The notes: generated from the sequence alone by a model not told the origin. A stretch of 64,000 bases of DNA from an uncultured Prevotellaceae bacterium (GCA_902775475.1 CACYME010000005.1:29642-93641), one strand, 5' to 3'; counted from the first letter of the stretch, positions 9,634 to 18,355 are shown. Numbers and translations are program-made.

Positions 9634-10734
9634 ATGGAACACCCAGAGAATAGCAGCGAGTACGCCGGTCTGCAAGTGAACAGCGGCGTGGAGCAGCCCA
9701 GCATCATCAATCCCTATTTGAAGCGCAACCGTTTCCGCCGCCGCGAGCTGTCAGCCGCCGAGATGGTGGAAGGCATCGTGAAGGGCGACGTCACCATCCT
9801 CTCGCAGGCCGTGACGCTCATCGAGAGCGTCAACCCCGACCATCAGGCGAAGGCGCAGGAGGTCATCGAGAAATGCCTGCCCCACAGCGGGCGCAGCGTG
9901 CGCATCGGCATCAGCGGCGTGCCCGGTGCCGGCAAGTCGACCAGCATCGACGTGTTCGGCATCCACCTGCTGAAGGAGAAGGGAGGCCGCCTCGCCGTGC
10001 TGGCCATCGACCCCTCAAGCGAGCGCACCAAGGGCAGCATCCTCGGCGACAAGACGCGCATGGAGAAACTCAGCGTACACCCCGACTCGTTCATCCGTCC
10101 CAGCCCGTCGGCAGGCTCGCTGGGCGGCGTAGCCCGCAAGACGCGTGAGACCATCATCCTCTGCGAGGCCGCCGGCTTCGACAAGATTTTCGTGGAGACC
10201 GTCGGCGTGGGCCAGAGCGAGACCGCCTGCCACTCCATGGTCGACTTCTTCCTGCTCATCCAGGTGGCCGGCACGGGCGACGAGCTGCAGGGCATCAAGC
10301 GCGGCATCATGGAAATCAGCGACGGCATCGTCATCAACAAGTGCGACGGCGACAATGTAGACCGCTGCCACATGGCTGCCACCAACTTCCGCAATGCCCT
10401 GCACTTCTTCCCCATGCCCGAAAGCGGCTGGACGCCGAAGGTGCTGTGCTACTCAGGCTTCTACGGCACGGGCGTGAAGGAGGTGTGGGACATGATATAC
10501 CAGTACTTCGACTTCGTAAAAGCCAACGGCTACTTCGACTACCGACGCAACGAGCAGGCCAAATACTGGATGTACGAGAGCATCAACGAGCACCTGCGCC
10601 TGAACTTCTACAACAACCCGCTCATCCGACAGCAGCTGAAGCTCGCTGAGCAGACAGTCCTGGCCGGACAGAAGACCAGCTTCGTGGCAGCACAGAACCT
10701 GCTCGACCTGTACTATGCCCAGCTAAAAGGATAG
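9634..10734 (+). CDS. meaB: Methylmalonyl-CoA mutase-associated GTPase MeaB/ArgK family
   Basis: P-loop GISGVPGAGKSTSIDVFG with downstream VETVGVGQSE and INKCDGDN motifs. The ATG directly abuts the stop of the upstream gene. Confidence 0.9.
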   Translation: MEHPENSSEYAGLQVNSGVEQPSIINPYLKRNRFRRRELSAAEMVEGIVKGDVTILSQAVTLIESVNPDHQAKAQEVIEKCLPHSGRSVRIGISGVPGAGKSTSIDVFGIHLLKEKGGRLAVLAIDPSSERTKGSILGDKTRMEKLSVHPDSFIRPSPSAGSLGGVARKTRETIILCEAAGFDKIFVETVGVGQSETACHSMVDFFLLIQVAGTGDELQGIKRGIMEISDGIVINKCDGDNVDRCHMAATNFRNALHFFPMPESGWTPKVLCYSGFYGTGVKEVWDMIYQYFDFVKANGYFDYRRNEQAKYWMYESINEHLRLNFYNNPLIRQQLKLAEQTVLAGQKTSFVAAQNLLDLYYAQLKG

Positions 10735-10747
10735 ACCGGACGAAGCG

Positions 10748-10820
10748 TCCGCAAAAATCCGCCCACAGCGGACAAAAATCCGCGGCTACCGGACAAGAAT
10801 CCTACATGGACGGATTTTGG
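10748..10820 (+). promoter_or_regulatory. Second copy of the GGAC(A)AAAATCCGC-repeat upstream motif (upstream of ispH)
   Basis: TCCGCAAAAATCCGCCCACAGCGGACAAAAATCCGCGGCTACCGGACAAGAATCC..GGACGGATTTTGG. It aligns with the reverse complement of 2079-2141. Confidence 0.4.
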
Positions 10821-10849
10821 CGAACCGACACCTGAGAACAAACAACGCA

Positions 10850-11764
10850 ATGCTACAGATTGAAATAGACAGCGGCAGCGGCTTCTGCTTCGGCGTGACC
10901 ACCGCCATCAAGAAGGCCGAGGAAGAACTGGCAGCGGGCGAGGCGCTCTACTGCTTAGGCGACATCGTGCACAACGGCATGGAGTGCGAGCGGCTGCGCC
11001 AGATGGGCCTCGTCACCATCGACCACGAGCAGATGAAACAGCTGCACGGCGTGAAGGTGCTGCTGCGTGCCCATGGCGAGCCGCCCGAGACCTACGAGCT
11101 GGCCCGGCGCAACGACATCGAAATCATCGACGCCACCTGCCCCGTGGTGCTGCAGCTGCAAAGGCGCATCAAGAAGCAGTACGGCGAAGGCCTCAACCCG
11201 CAAATCTCAAATCTCAAACCTCAAACCTCAAATCTCCCTCCCCAAATCGTCATCTTTGGCAAGCGAGGGCACGCCGAGGTGCTCGGCCTTGTGGGGCAGA
11301 CCAGCGGCAACGCCATCGTCATCGAGAACTTCGACGAGGCGAAGCGGCTCGACTTCACCCGCGACATCTACCTCTATTCGCAGACCACGAAGAGCCTCGA
11401 TGAGTTCCACCGCATCATCGACTACATTCAGCAGCACATCGCCACAGGTGCCACCTTCCGCAGTTTCGACACCATCTGCCGCTCCGTGGCCAACCGCATG
11501 CCCAGCATCACGCAGTTTGCCGCCCGCCACGACCTCATTCTCTTCGTCTGCGGACGCAAGAGCAGCAACGGCAAGGTACTCTTCAGCGAGTGCCAGCGCG
11601 TGAACAGCAACACCCACCTCATCGAGGGGCCAGAGGAGATAGACCCGTCCTGGCTCGAAGGCATCAGCTCCGTGGGCATCTGCGGAGCCACCTCCACGCC
11701 CAAATGGCTGATGGAGCAATGTCAGGAGGCCATCTGGAGCATAGTCAACAAGCTAACCCACTAA
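10850..11764 (+). CDS. ispH: 4-hydroxy-3-methylbut-2-enyl diphosphate reductase
   Basis: MLQIEIDSGSGFCFGVTTAIKKAEEEL...DIVHNGME...ATCPVVLQLQRRIKK...GKRGHAEVLGLVGQT...ICGATSTPKWLM. The start is set at ATG 10850 rather than the upstream TTG. The gene contains a heptamer-repeat insertion at 11191-11248. Confidence 0.93.
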   Translation: MLQIEIDSGSGFCFGVTTAIKKAEEELAAGEALYCLGDIVHNGMECERLRQMGLVTIDHEQMKQLHGVKVLLRAHGEPPETYELARRNDIEIIDATCPVVLQLQRRIKKQYGEGLNPQISNLKPQTSNLPPQIVIFGKRGHAEVLGLVGQTSGNAIVIENFDEAKRLDFTRDIYLYSQTTKSLDEFHRIIDYIQQHIATGATFRSFDTICRSVANRMPSITQFAARHDLILFVCGRKSSNGKVLFSECQRVNSNTHLIEGPEEIDPSWLEGISSVGICGATSTPKWLMEQCQEAIWSIVNKLTH

Positions 11765-11777
11765 ACCATCGTATTAT

Positions 11778-13259
11778 ATGAAACGTCGATTACTGTTTCT
11801 GTCATTCATCATCTGCCTTTTACCGCTTAGCCCGGCAAGGGCGCAGTACGACATTATTCCCCTACCCGACCTCATCAGCATCGATGCCAAGGGCCGCACG
11901 CTGCCCGTCGATGCCTCCACTACCGTGCAGGAGAAGCTAAACCCGAAGCTGACATCGCCCGAAGGCTGGCGGCTGACGGTCGACAAGCAGGGCATACTCC
12001 TTGAGAGCAGCACCGAGGCAGGCCTCTTCCACGGTCGCCAGGCCCTGCGTCAGGTGCTCACCGACAGCACGACCTCGCTGCCTTACGCCGTGGTGGAGTC
12101 TACGCCACGCTTTGCCTACCGCGGCATGCACCTCGACATCTGCCGCCATTTCTTCCCGAAGGACGTGGTAAAGAACTACCTCGACATGATGGCCCTGCAC
12201 GGCATGAACACGCTGCACTGGCACCTGAGCGACGACCAGGGCTGGCGCATCGAAATCAAGAAATGGCCACGGCTGACGCAGGTGGGAGCCTGGCGCGACC
12301 GCACCGTCATCGGTCGCAACATGGGTCTCTACGACCACACGATGTACGGCGGATTCTACTCGCAGAAGGACATCCGCGAGATTGTGGAGTATGCGCAGCA
12401 GCGCCACATCACCATCATCCCCGAGATTGACATGCCCGGCCACATGGTGGCTGCCGTCACCGCCTACCCCGAGCTGGGCTGCACGGGCGGTCCCTACGAG
12501 GTGTGGCCCGACTGGGGCGTCAGCGACGACATCCTCTGCGCCGGCAATCCCAGGGTCTACCAGTTCTTAGAGGACGTACTCACCGAGGTGATGGAGCTGT
12601 TCCCCTCGAAAATCATCCATCTGGGTGGCGACGAGGCGCCGAAGGTGCGCTGGAAGGCGTGTCCCAAATGCCAGCAGAAGATGCGTGAGGAGCATCTTGA
12701 CAACGAAGAGCACCTGCAGGGCTACATGGTGCGCCGCATGGAGCAGCTGCTCAGCCAGCACGGCCGACGGCTGATGGGCTGGGACGAGATTATGTACTGC
12801 AACGTTCCCAAGTCGTCGCTCATCATGAACTGGCGCGACTGGCAGGGCGTCGACGACCCCGCCGTAGAGGGCTTCGACTGCGTGCGCACCCCCAACAGCA
12901 CGCTCTACTTCGACCACTACCAGATTCCGCAGAACACCTGGAGCAACACCCTGCTCTTCGGCGGCAACGCCCCGTTGGAGAAGGTCTACAACTACGAGCC
13001 GGCACCCGAAACACTCACCCCCGAGCAGAAGGCGCATGTGGTGGGCGTGCAGGCCAACCTCTGGACGGAGTACATCGCCTACTCCGAGCTGATAGAGTAT
13101 CAGGTACTGCCGCGCATGGCCGCGCTGGCCGAGGTGCAGTGGGCCGCCCCGGAGCAGAAGGACTACGAAGGCTTCAAGAAGCGTCTGCAACGCCTCATCA
13201 GCATCTACGAGGCCGAGGGATGGAAGTATTGTGCGGCCTTCGGCCTAAATAATAAATAA
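11778..13259 (+). CDS. Beta-N-acetylhexosaminidase, glycoside hydrolase family 20
   Basis: Signal peptide, then FAYRGMHLDICRHFF, MNTLHWHLSDDQGWRIEIKKWPRLT and catalytic HLGGDE. Confidence 0.9.
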   Translation: MKRRLLFLSFIICLLPLSPARAQYDIIPLPDLISIDAKGRTLPVDASTTVQEKLNPKLTSPEGWRLTVDKQGILLESSTEAGLFHGRQALRQVLTDSTTSLPYAVVESTPRFAYRGMHLDICRHFFPKDVVKNYLDMMALHGMNTLHWHLSDDQGWRIEIKKWPRLTQVGAWRDRTVIGRNMGLYDHTMYGGFYSQKDIREIVEYAQQRHITIIPEIDMPGHMVAAVTAYPELGCTGGPYEVWPDWGVSDDILCAGNPRVYQFLEDVLTEVMELFPSKIIHLGGDEAPKVRWKACPKCQQKMREEHLDNEEHLQGYMVRRMEQLLSQHGRRLMGWDEIMYCNVPKSSLIMNWRDWQGVDDPAVEGFDCVRTPNSTLYFDHYQIPQNTWSNTLLFGGNAPLEKVYNYEPAPETLTPEQKAHVVGVQANLWTEYIAYSELIEYQVLPRMAALAEVQWAAPEQKDYEGFKKRLQRLISIYEAEGWKYCAAFGLNNK

Positions 13260-13275
13260 TTAATTCTTGCGGGGC

Positions 13276-15456
13276 ATGAACAGGGTTTCTCTTCTTTTAT
13301 TTTATATGCTATTGCTGGTCTCGCCAGCGAGTGCCCAGCAGGCGCAGATGGGCAAGCTGTCATCGTGGCTGCGACAGATTGTGAGGAAGGCAGCCCCCTC
13401 CAACCTCCCACAAAGGAGGGAGGCAGCCCCCCTCAATCCCCCCAACTGGGGGGAAGTGGCTGCGCCGGATTCCGCGGCAGAAGTAACTTCTAAAGCCTCC
13501 CCCAGTTGGGGGAGGTTGGAGGGGGCCGGGGAATCGAGGGGGCCTGCTGTCATCGCCTTCATCCGCCTCACCGCCGATGGCGACGAGGTGCTGGCCGAGC
13601 ACGGCTGCCGCAGTCTGGCCCGCTCCGGCGACATACACATTGCCGAGATTCCCCTCAGCGAGATTCCGCAGATGACGCTCGACCGCCGTGTGCTGCGCAT
13701 AGAGGCCAGCCGCAGCAACCGCCTGCTCACCGACTCGATGGCCATCCACCTGAACGCCACGCAGGCCTATACTGGCAAAGGGCTGCCCAGCATCTACACC
13801 GGACGGGGCGTCGTCATGGGCAGCATGGACGTGGGCTTCGACCTGACACACCCCAACTTCTACAGCCGCGACACCACCACCTATCGCATCCGCCGCTTCT
13901 GGGACCAGATTTCGCAGGACACCATCGGCAGCGACCTGCCCGTGGGCCGCGACTTCACCACGCGTGAGGAGCTGCTCGCCGTGGGCCACTCACGCGACGG
14001 CCTCGACCTCACCCACGGCACCCACACGCTGGGCATCTCCTGCGGCAGTGGCTACGACTCGCCCTACCGCGGCATGGCCCCCGAGGCCGACATCTGCCTG
14101 GTAGCCAACGCGGTGAGCGAAGACCTGCCCTACATCGACTCTGCCGATGTCTACAAGTACACCTTCGCCACCGATGCCCTCGGCTTCAAGTACATCTTCG
14201 ACTACGCCGAGCAGGTGGGCAAGCCCTGCGTCATCTCCTTCAGTGAAGGTAGCCAGCAGGATTTCTACGGCTACGACCAGCTCTACTATGCCCTCCTCAG
14301 CAACCTCACCGGTCCTGGCCGCATCCTCGTGGCCGCTGCCGGCAACGACGGGCACAACCTGAACTATGTGCACAAGACGACCGACCGCCGCAGTGCTGGC
14401 ACATTTATGCGCCGCAGCGCGAAGACGATGGACGTGGTCATCAAGTCGGCCGATGACTTTCTCATCCGTCTGGTCAACTACGACAGCACGCCCGACACGC
14501 TGCTGCTACGCCCACGGCTGGCCCTGCAGCAGCCCGACTCGCTGCTCAGCGACAGCGCCGCCACCTTCGCCGCCGAGGTCTACGCCTACCCGTCGAGCTA
14601 CATCCCCGAGGAGACCTGCTACGACCTCACCGTCAGCTGTCCGTCGAAGGTGGGCGTCAGTCCCCGCCTGTCCATCGAGCTGGTGGGCGACGGTGCCGAC
14701 ATCGAGATGTGGCGTGTGAACGGCCATTTCGACACTTTCGAGGAGAACCCGCGCCTGAGCGACGCCATCACCGCCCACTATATCCACTCGCCCTCTACCG
14801 CCCCCTCGGTCATCAGCGTCGGCGCCACCACCTACCGCGACCATATCGTCAGTCTGGCGGGCGACACCATGACCTACTGGATGGGCACCGGCGGACGCCG
14901 TGCCGACTTCTCGTCGATGGGTCCCACCTTCGACGGGCGCATCAAGCCCGACTGCGTGGCACCCGGCAACAACATCATCTCGAGCTATAGCAGCTTCTTC
15001 CGCGAAACCCACCCCGACTCGAACGACCTGCTCTGGGACGTGGGCGTCTTCGACTTCAACGGACGCACCTACAGCTGGACGTCGAACAGCGGCACGTCGT
15101 CGTCGGCCCCTGCTGTGGGTGGCGCCATCGCCCTGTGGCTGCAGGCCTGCCCCACGCTGTCGCCTGCCGACGTGCTCGGCGTGCTGCAGCGCACCTGCCG
15201 TCATCCCTCAGCAGCGCTCGACTACCCCAACAACGAGTATGGCTACGGCGAGATTGACGTCTACGCCGGACTGCTCGACATCCTCGGCCTGCCCAACCTC
15301 GACGACATCGGCGAGCCCGTCAGCGTGAGCGCCCCGGCAGGTGCCGCTGCCGTCTACAACCTGCAGGGGCAGCGCGTGGCCGACAGCCTGAGCGACGCCT
15401 CGCTGCCTGCCGGACTCTATATCCGCCAGGGCCACAAGGTGGTGAAAAAGAAATAG
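13276..15456 (+). CDS. S8 (subtilisin-like) serine peptidase with a T9SS-type C-terminal tail
   Basis: Signal peptide MNRVSLLLFYMLLLVSPASAQQ. Catalytic triad context is VVMGSMDVGFD, HGTHTLGISCG and NSGTSSSAPAVGGAIALW. C-terminal tail is VYNLQGQRVADSLSDASLPAGLYIRQGHKVVKKK. Confidence 0.88.
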   Translation: MNRVSLLLFYMLLLVSPASAQQAQMGKLSSWLRQIVRKAAPSNLPQRREAAPLNPPNWGEVAAPDSAAEVTSKASPSWGRLEGAGESRGPAVIAFIRLTADGDEVLAEHGCRSLARSGDIHIAEIPLSEIPQMTLDRRVLRIEASRSNRLLTDSMAIHLNATQAYTGKGLPSIYTGRGVVMGSMDVGFDLTHPNFYSRDTTTYRIRRFWDQISQDTIGSDLPVGRDFTTREELLAVGHSRDGLDLTHGTHTLGISCGSGYDSPYRGMAPEADICLVANAVSEDLPYIDSADVYKYTFATDALGFKYIFDYAEQVGKPCVISFSEGSQQDFYGYDQLYYALLSNLTGPGRILVAAAGNDGHNLNYVHKTTDRRSAGTFMRRSAKTMDVVIKSADDFLIRLVNYDSTPDTLLLRPRLALQQPDSLLSDSAATFAAEVYAYPSSYIPEETCYDLTVSCPSKVGVSPRLSIELVGDGADIEMWRVNGHFDTFEENPRLSDAITAHYIHSPSTAPSVISVGATTYRDHIVSLAGDTMTYWMGTGGRRADFSSMGPTFDGRIKPDCVAPGNNIISSYSSFFRETHPDSNDLLWDVGVFDFNGRTYSWTSNSGTSSSAPAVGGAIALWLQACPTLSPADVLGVLQRTCRHPSAALDYPNNEYGYGEIDVYAGLLDILGLPNLDDIGEPVSVSAPAGAAAVYNLQGQRVADSLSDASLPAGLYIRQGHKVVKKK

Positions 15457-15528
15457 GCAGAAAGCGACATCACGTCGGTCTCTGCCCGCTGGTCCAATGA
15501 ACCAGTCTACTATTTACTAACTTTACTA

Positions 15529-17334
15529 TTATTCGTCTGTCTCCATGAGTGCCGGTGCCAAGGCACGCAGCAGGTATTCGGGTGTCTCTACGCGCTGGTA
15601 ATGCACCTCAGACATGAGCTTACCAGCTTCGTAGTTCGTTATCCACATGTGGTTGTCGTATAGGTGCGACACCTCCAGCTCCAGCGGCTCAACGCCCACT
15701 ATGCCCAGCTCCAGTCGCCCATTAGCCAATGAGTGAAAGGTGCTGATCATGCCGCTGCCACCATAGCGGAAACCGTCAACCACCTTGCTGGGGTGCAGAT
15801 TGATGGCCATCATCACCGTGTCGTTCACCAGCAGATAGCCTGCCTCCTTCTTGTCGTCGCCCAGCTTCAGCCAAGTGCCGTCCATTGGCCGTTCGGCACT
15901 GGGGCGTGCCGTATAGGCGGCGCGGAAGGCGGCCACGATGTCCTCGTCTGGCTGGATGCGACTCCACTGCTCGGTGATGTCGGGACCACCGACGCCGGCC
16001 ATCTGCGTGGAGTCCTTCATCCATCGCGAAATGGCGGTGCGCTCATCGGGGAAAGTGTAGTCGGTGGGGCGTCCGTCGGCCGAATAGAGCGTGTCGCCAC
16101 GCCAGATGTAGCCCTCGCCCGAGATGCTGAATGCCATGTTCATGCCATTCTTGCTGAAGTAGCTGAAGCAGAGGAAGGTGCTGTCGTTGTAGAAGCCATA
16201 GTGCATGGCGAAGGGATGCACCTGCTCGCCCGAGCCTGTGTTCGAAATCCAGTCCATAGTCCAGCAGCCCAGCATAGGGTGGTGCTTCACGTTTTCTGTT
16301 AGCGTCCCATTCTTCTCGCGCGTCTGGCAACCAACGGCCAGTGCCATTGTCATGACCAGCGCCAAGGCGCCCACGGCTGCCGCCTGGCGAAAGCGCATGG
16401 TCTTGGGATTCATCGTGGTGTTCATAAATATGATTCGTTGTTTTAGGGGTTTCAGTCCGTAGGCCGTGCGCAGCAGAATCCACTTGCCCTCGCTGACGCA
16501 GACGCGCAGCAGCGACAGCTGGTAGTCCTCGCGGTCGATGCCCTGGCTGAGCACGTCGCCGTCGACCTCCATCTCCTGCTGCAGGCGCATCTCGGCAAAG
16601 AAGAGCCATGCAAAGGGGTTGTACCAGTTGAGGGCGGTGAAGCCTTGCAGCAGGCAGAGTTTCAGGAAGTGGCGCCGGCGGATGTGGGCCAGTTCGTGCA
16701 TCAGCACATAGCGGGTGGTGGCCTCGTCCATCGAGGTGCGCAGGAAGATGTTGCGGCCGAAGGAGAAGGGGGCCAGCTGGTCAGTGTGGTAGATGTTCAC
16801 GCCGTCCTGGCACTCGCCGTGGTACTTCCTGCACAGGGAGTAGAGCCACAGCAGCTGACAGCCGAAGTAGACGAGCACCAGCACCACGCCAATCAGATAG
16901 AGCCTACCCAGCAGGGGCAGCGCATTCTGGAACGCCACCGACGGCGAGAACTCCAGCGCAGCCGCTTCTTTAGCCGTGAGGGCAGAGCCATGCGCAGCCG
17001 CTCCCCGCCCCTCAAGGGGATGGGTCAGGGGTGGGGTCTGTAACTCCCCATCAGCGGCATAGGCTGAGATACCATCGCCAGCTCCGCCACTGGAAGGGAG
17101 GGTAGCAGCTGTTCCGGAGGCATCGCCGGAAACGACGGGAGCTGCCTGCGCCACCACCTCGCGCACCGGGGCCACCAGCTGCACGGCTGTCGTCAGCAGC
17201 AGGGCCACGGCAATGAACACCTGTGCCCATCGGCTGGGGCACTTCAGGCGGAGCACCCACCAGTAGAGTGCAAAGAGTGCTCCGCCCACCAGCAGTCCCA
17301 TTACGGGGAAGAATCCTGTCTCCATCGCGTACAT
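15529..17334 (-). CDS. BlaR1/MecR1-like M56 family membrane metallopeptidase (signal transducer)
   Basis: N-terminal TM helices and the M56 zinc motif YVLMHELAHIRRRHF. It lies immediately downstream of a BlaI-family repressor gene. The C-terminal ~280 aa sensor domain is unassigned. Confidence 0.85.
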   Translation of the reverse strand: MYAMETGFFPVMGLLVGGALFALYWWVLRLKCPSRWAQVFIAVALLLTTAVQLVAPVREVVAQAAPVVSGDASGTAATLPSSGGAGDGISAYAADGELQTPPLTHPLEGRGAAAHGSALTAKEAAALEFSPSVAFQNALPLLGRLYLIGVVLVLVYFGCQLLWLYSLCRKYHGECQDGVNIYHTDQLAPFSFGRNIFLRTSMDEATTRYVLMHELAHIRRRHFLKLCLLQGFTALNWYNPFAWLFFAEMRLQQEMEVDGDVLSQGIDREDYQLSLLRVCVSEGKWILLRTAYGLKPLKQRIIFMNTTMNPKTMRFRQAAAVGALALVMTMALAVGCQTREKNGTLTENVKHHPMLGCWTMDWISNTGSGEQVHPFAMHYGFYNDSTFLCFSYFSKNGMNMAFSISGEGYIWRGDTLYSADGRPTDYTFPDERTAISRWMKDSTQMAGVGGPDITEQWSRIQPDEDIVAAFRAAYTARPSAERPMDGTWLKLGDDKKEAGYLLVNDTVMMAINLHPSKVVDGFRYGGSGMISTFHSLANGRLELGIVGVEPLELEVSHLYDNHMWITNYEAGKLMSEVHYQRVETPEYLLRALAPALMETDE

Positions 17335-17364
17335 AGTTATTAATATAAGGTAGTTTGTTGTTAG

Positions 17365-17748
17365 TTAGTGTCTGCTCTTAATCAACTTCACCAGCTCGTC
17401 GATTTCCTCGTCGCTCAGCTGCTCTTCCTTGGCGAAGAACGATACCAGCGAGGCCGCACTGCCGCCGAAGAACGTGTTCTTCACCTCGGTCATGTACTGG
17501 CGCGTGTACTGGTCGCGGCTCACGGCGGGCATGAAGCGCAGGGCCTTGCCCACCTTCTCGGTCAGTACGTAGCCCTTCTCCCTGAGAATCTTCAGGAAGG
17601 TGAGCAGCGTGGTCATCGCGGGCTTCGGCTCGGGCATGCGCTCCATAATCTCTGCCGAGTTGGCACCTTCCTGGGGCAGGCTCCACAGCGCGTTCATCAC
17701 CTGCTGCTCGGCTCGGGTCAGTTGTTTCTTGGTTTCTTTTAGCTTCAT
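17365..17748 (-). CDS. BlaI/MecI/CopY family transcriptional repressor
   Basis: 127 aa winged-helix protein: LTRAEQQVMNALWSL...MTTLLTFLKILREKGYVLTEKVGKALRFMPAVSRDQY. Confidence 0.88.
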   Translation of the reverse strand: MKLKETKKQLTRAEQQVMNALWSLPQEGANSAEIMERMPEPKPAMTTLLTFLKILREKGYVLTEKVGKALRFMPAVSRDQYTRQYMTEVKNTFFGGSAASLVSFFAKEEQLSDEEIDELVKLIKSRH

Positions 17749-17831
17749 ATTCTAAAGTTTTAGAATTTCACGCTGCAAAGATATTCTAAAATCTTAGAAC
17801 GACCAAATATTTCATTCTAATTCTTTAGAAT
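17749..17831. promoter_or_regulatory. Three ATTCTAA-N3/4-TTAGAAT palindromes: candidate BlaI operator array
   Basis: ATTCTAAAGTTTTAGAAT (17749-17766, abutting the blaI ATG), ATTCTAAAATCTTAGAA (17783-17799, overlapping the -7 box) and ATTCTAATTCTTTAGAAT (17814-17831). Spacing is about 32-34 bp. Confidence 0.5.
17776..17783 (-). promoter_or_regulatory. -7 promoter box TATCTTTG for blaI-blaR1
   Basis: The reverse complement of CAAAGATA matches TAnnTTTG, 28 nt upstream of the blaI ATG. Confidence 0.55.
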
Positions 17832-17887
17832 ATTAATAATTTTTAAGAATATCACGGCCGACCAACGAAAAGTGGCTGTGTAGTTTA

Positions 17888-18355
17888 GAAGCCCTTCACG
17901 AAATCTTAAAAATAAATAATTTTAAGGAAAAATTGAACACTCAACCCTCGAAAATACTCAAAAATTTCGCGCGAGAAAACTTTTGGACGAAAATTAGCGA
18001 GTTTTGAGAGAGTTCGCTAAATATTTGATTAACTGATGCTTACGCTTATTTCATCAAAATTTGGCAGCTTTTCGTTTTCAAAAGTCAACGCCAAATTTTC
18101 AAAAGGCGTTGACTTTTGAAAATTTGGCGTGCTTAAAAATGAGCGAAACGAGCCAAAAAACGCGAAAAAAGAGCGAAAAAAAGCAGAAAAAGATGCACAA
18201 AAAACGTCTCAATTGTGCATTTTTTGGCCTTTCCGACTCCTTCTTCTCAGTTCGGCAAAGAGCAAAAACGGCTCGAAACTCCCATTTTTCACTCCAGAAT
18301 GCATCGGAATTCTGAACTTTTCATTTTAGGAATTTTAAGGAAATTTTGAACACTC
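17888..18355 (-). repeat. Copy B of the ~0.45 kb AT-rich repeat family (loop of the core hairpin inverted relative to the other copies)
   Basis: Collinear with copy C from GAAGCC..GAAATCTTAAAAATAAATAATTTTAAGGAAA to GGAAATTTTGAACACTC. A 23-nt direct repeat AATTTTAAGGAAAWWTTGAACAC occurs at 17918-17940 and 18331-18353. It lies between divergent blaI and argS. Confidence 0.85.

Noticed and set aside
9634-10734. Orphan meaB without an adjacent methylmalonyl-CoA mutase as an anomaly
   Set aside because: MeaB/ArgK-family GTPase genes are often unlinked from their mutase partners. Nothing in the sequence itself is unusual.
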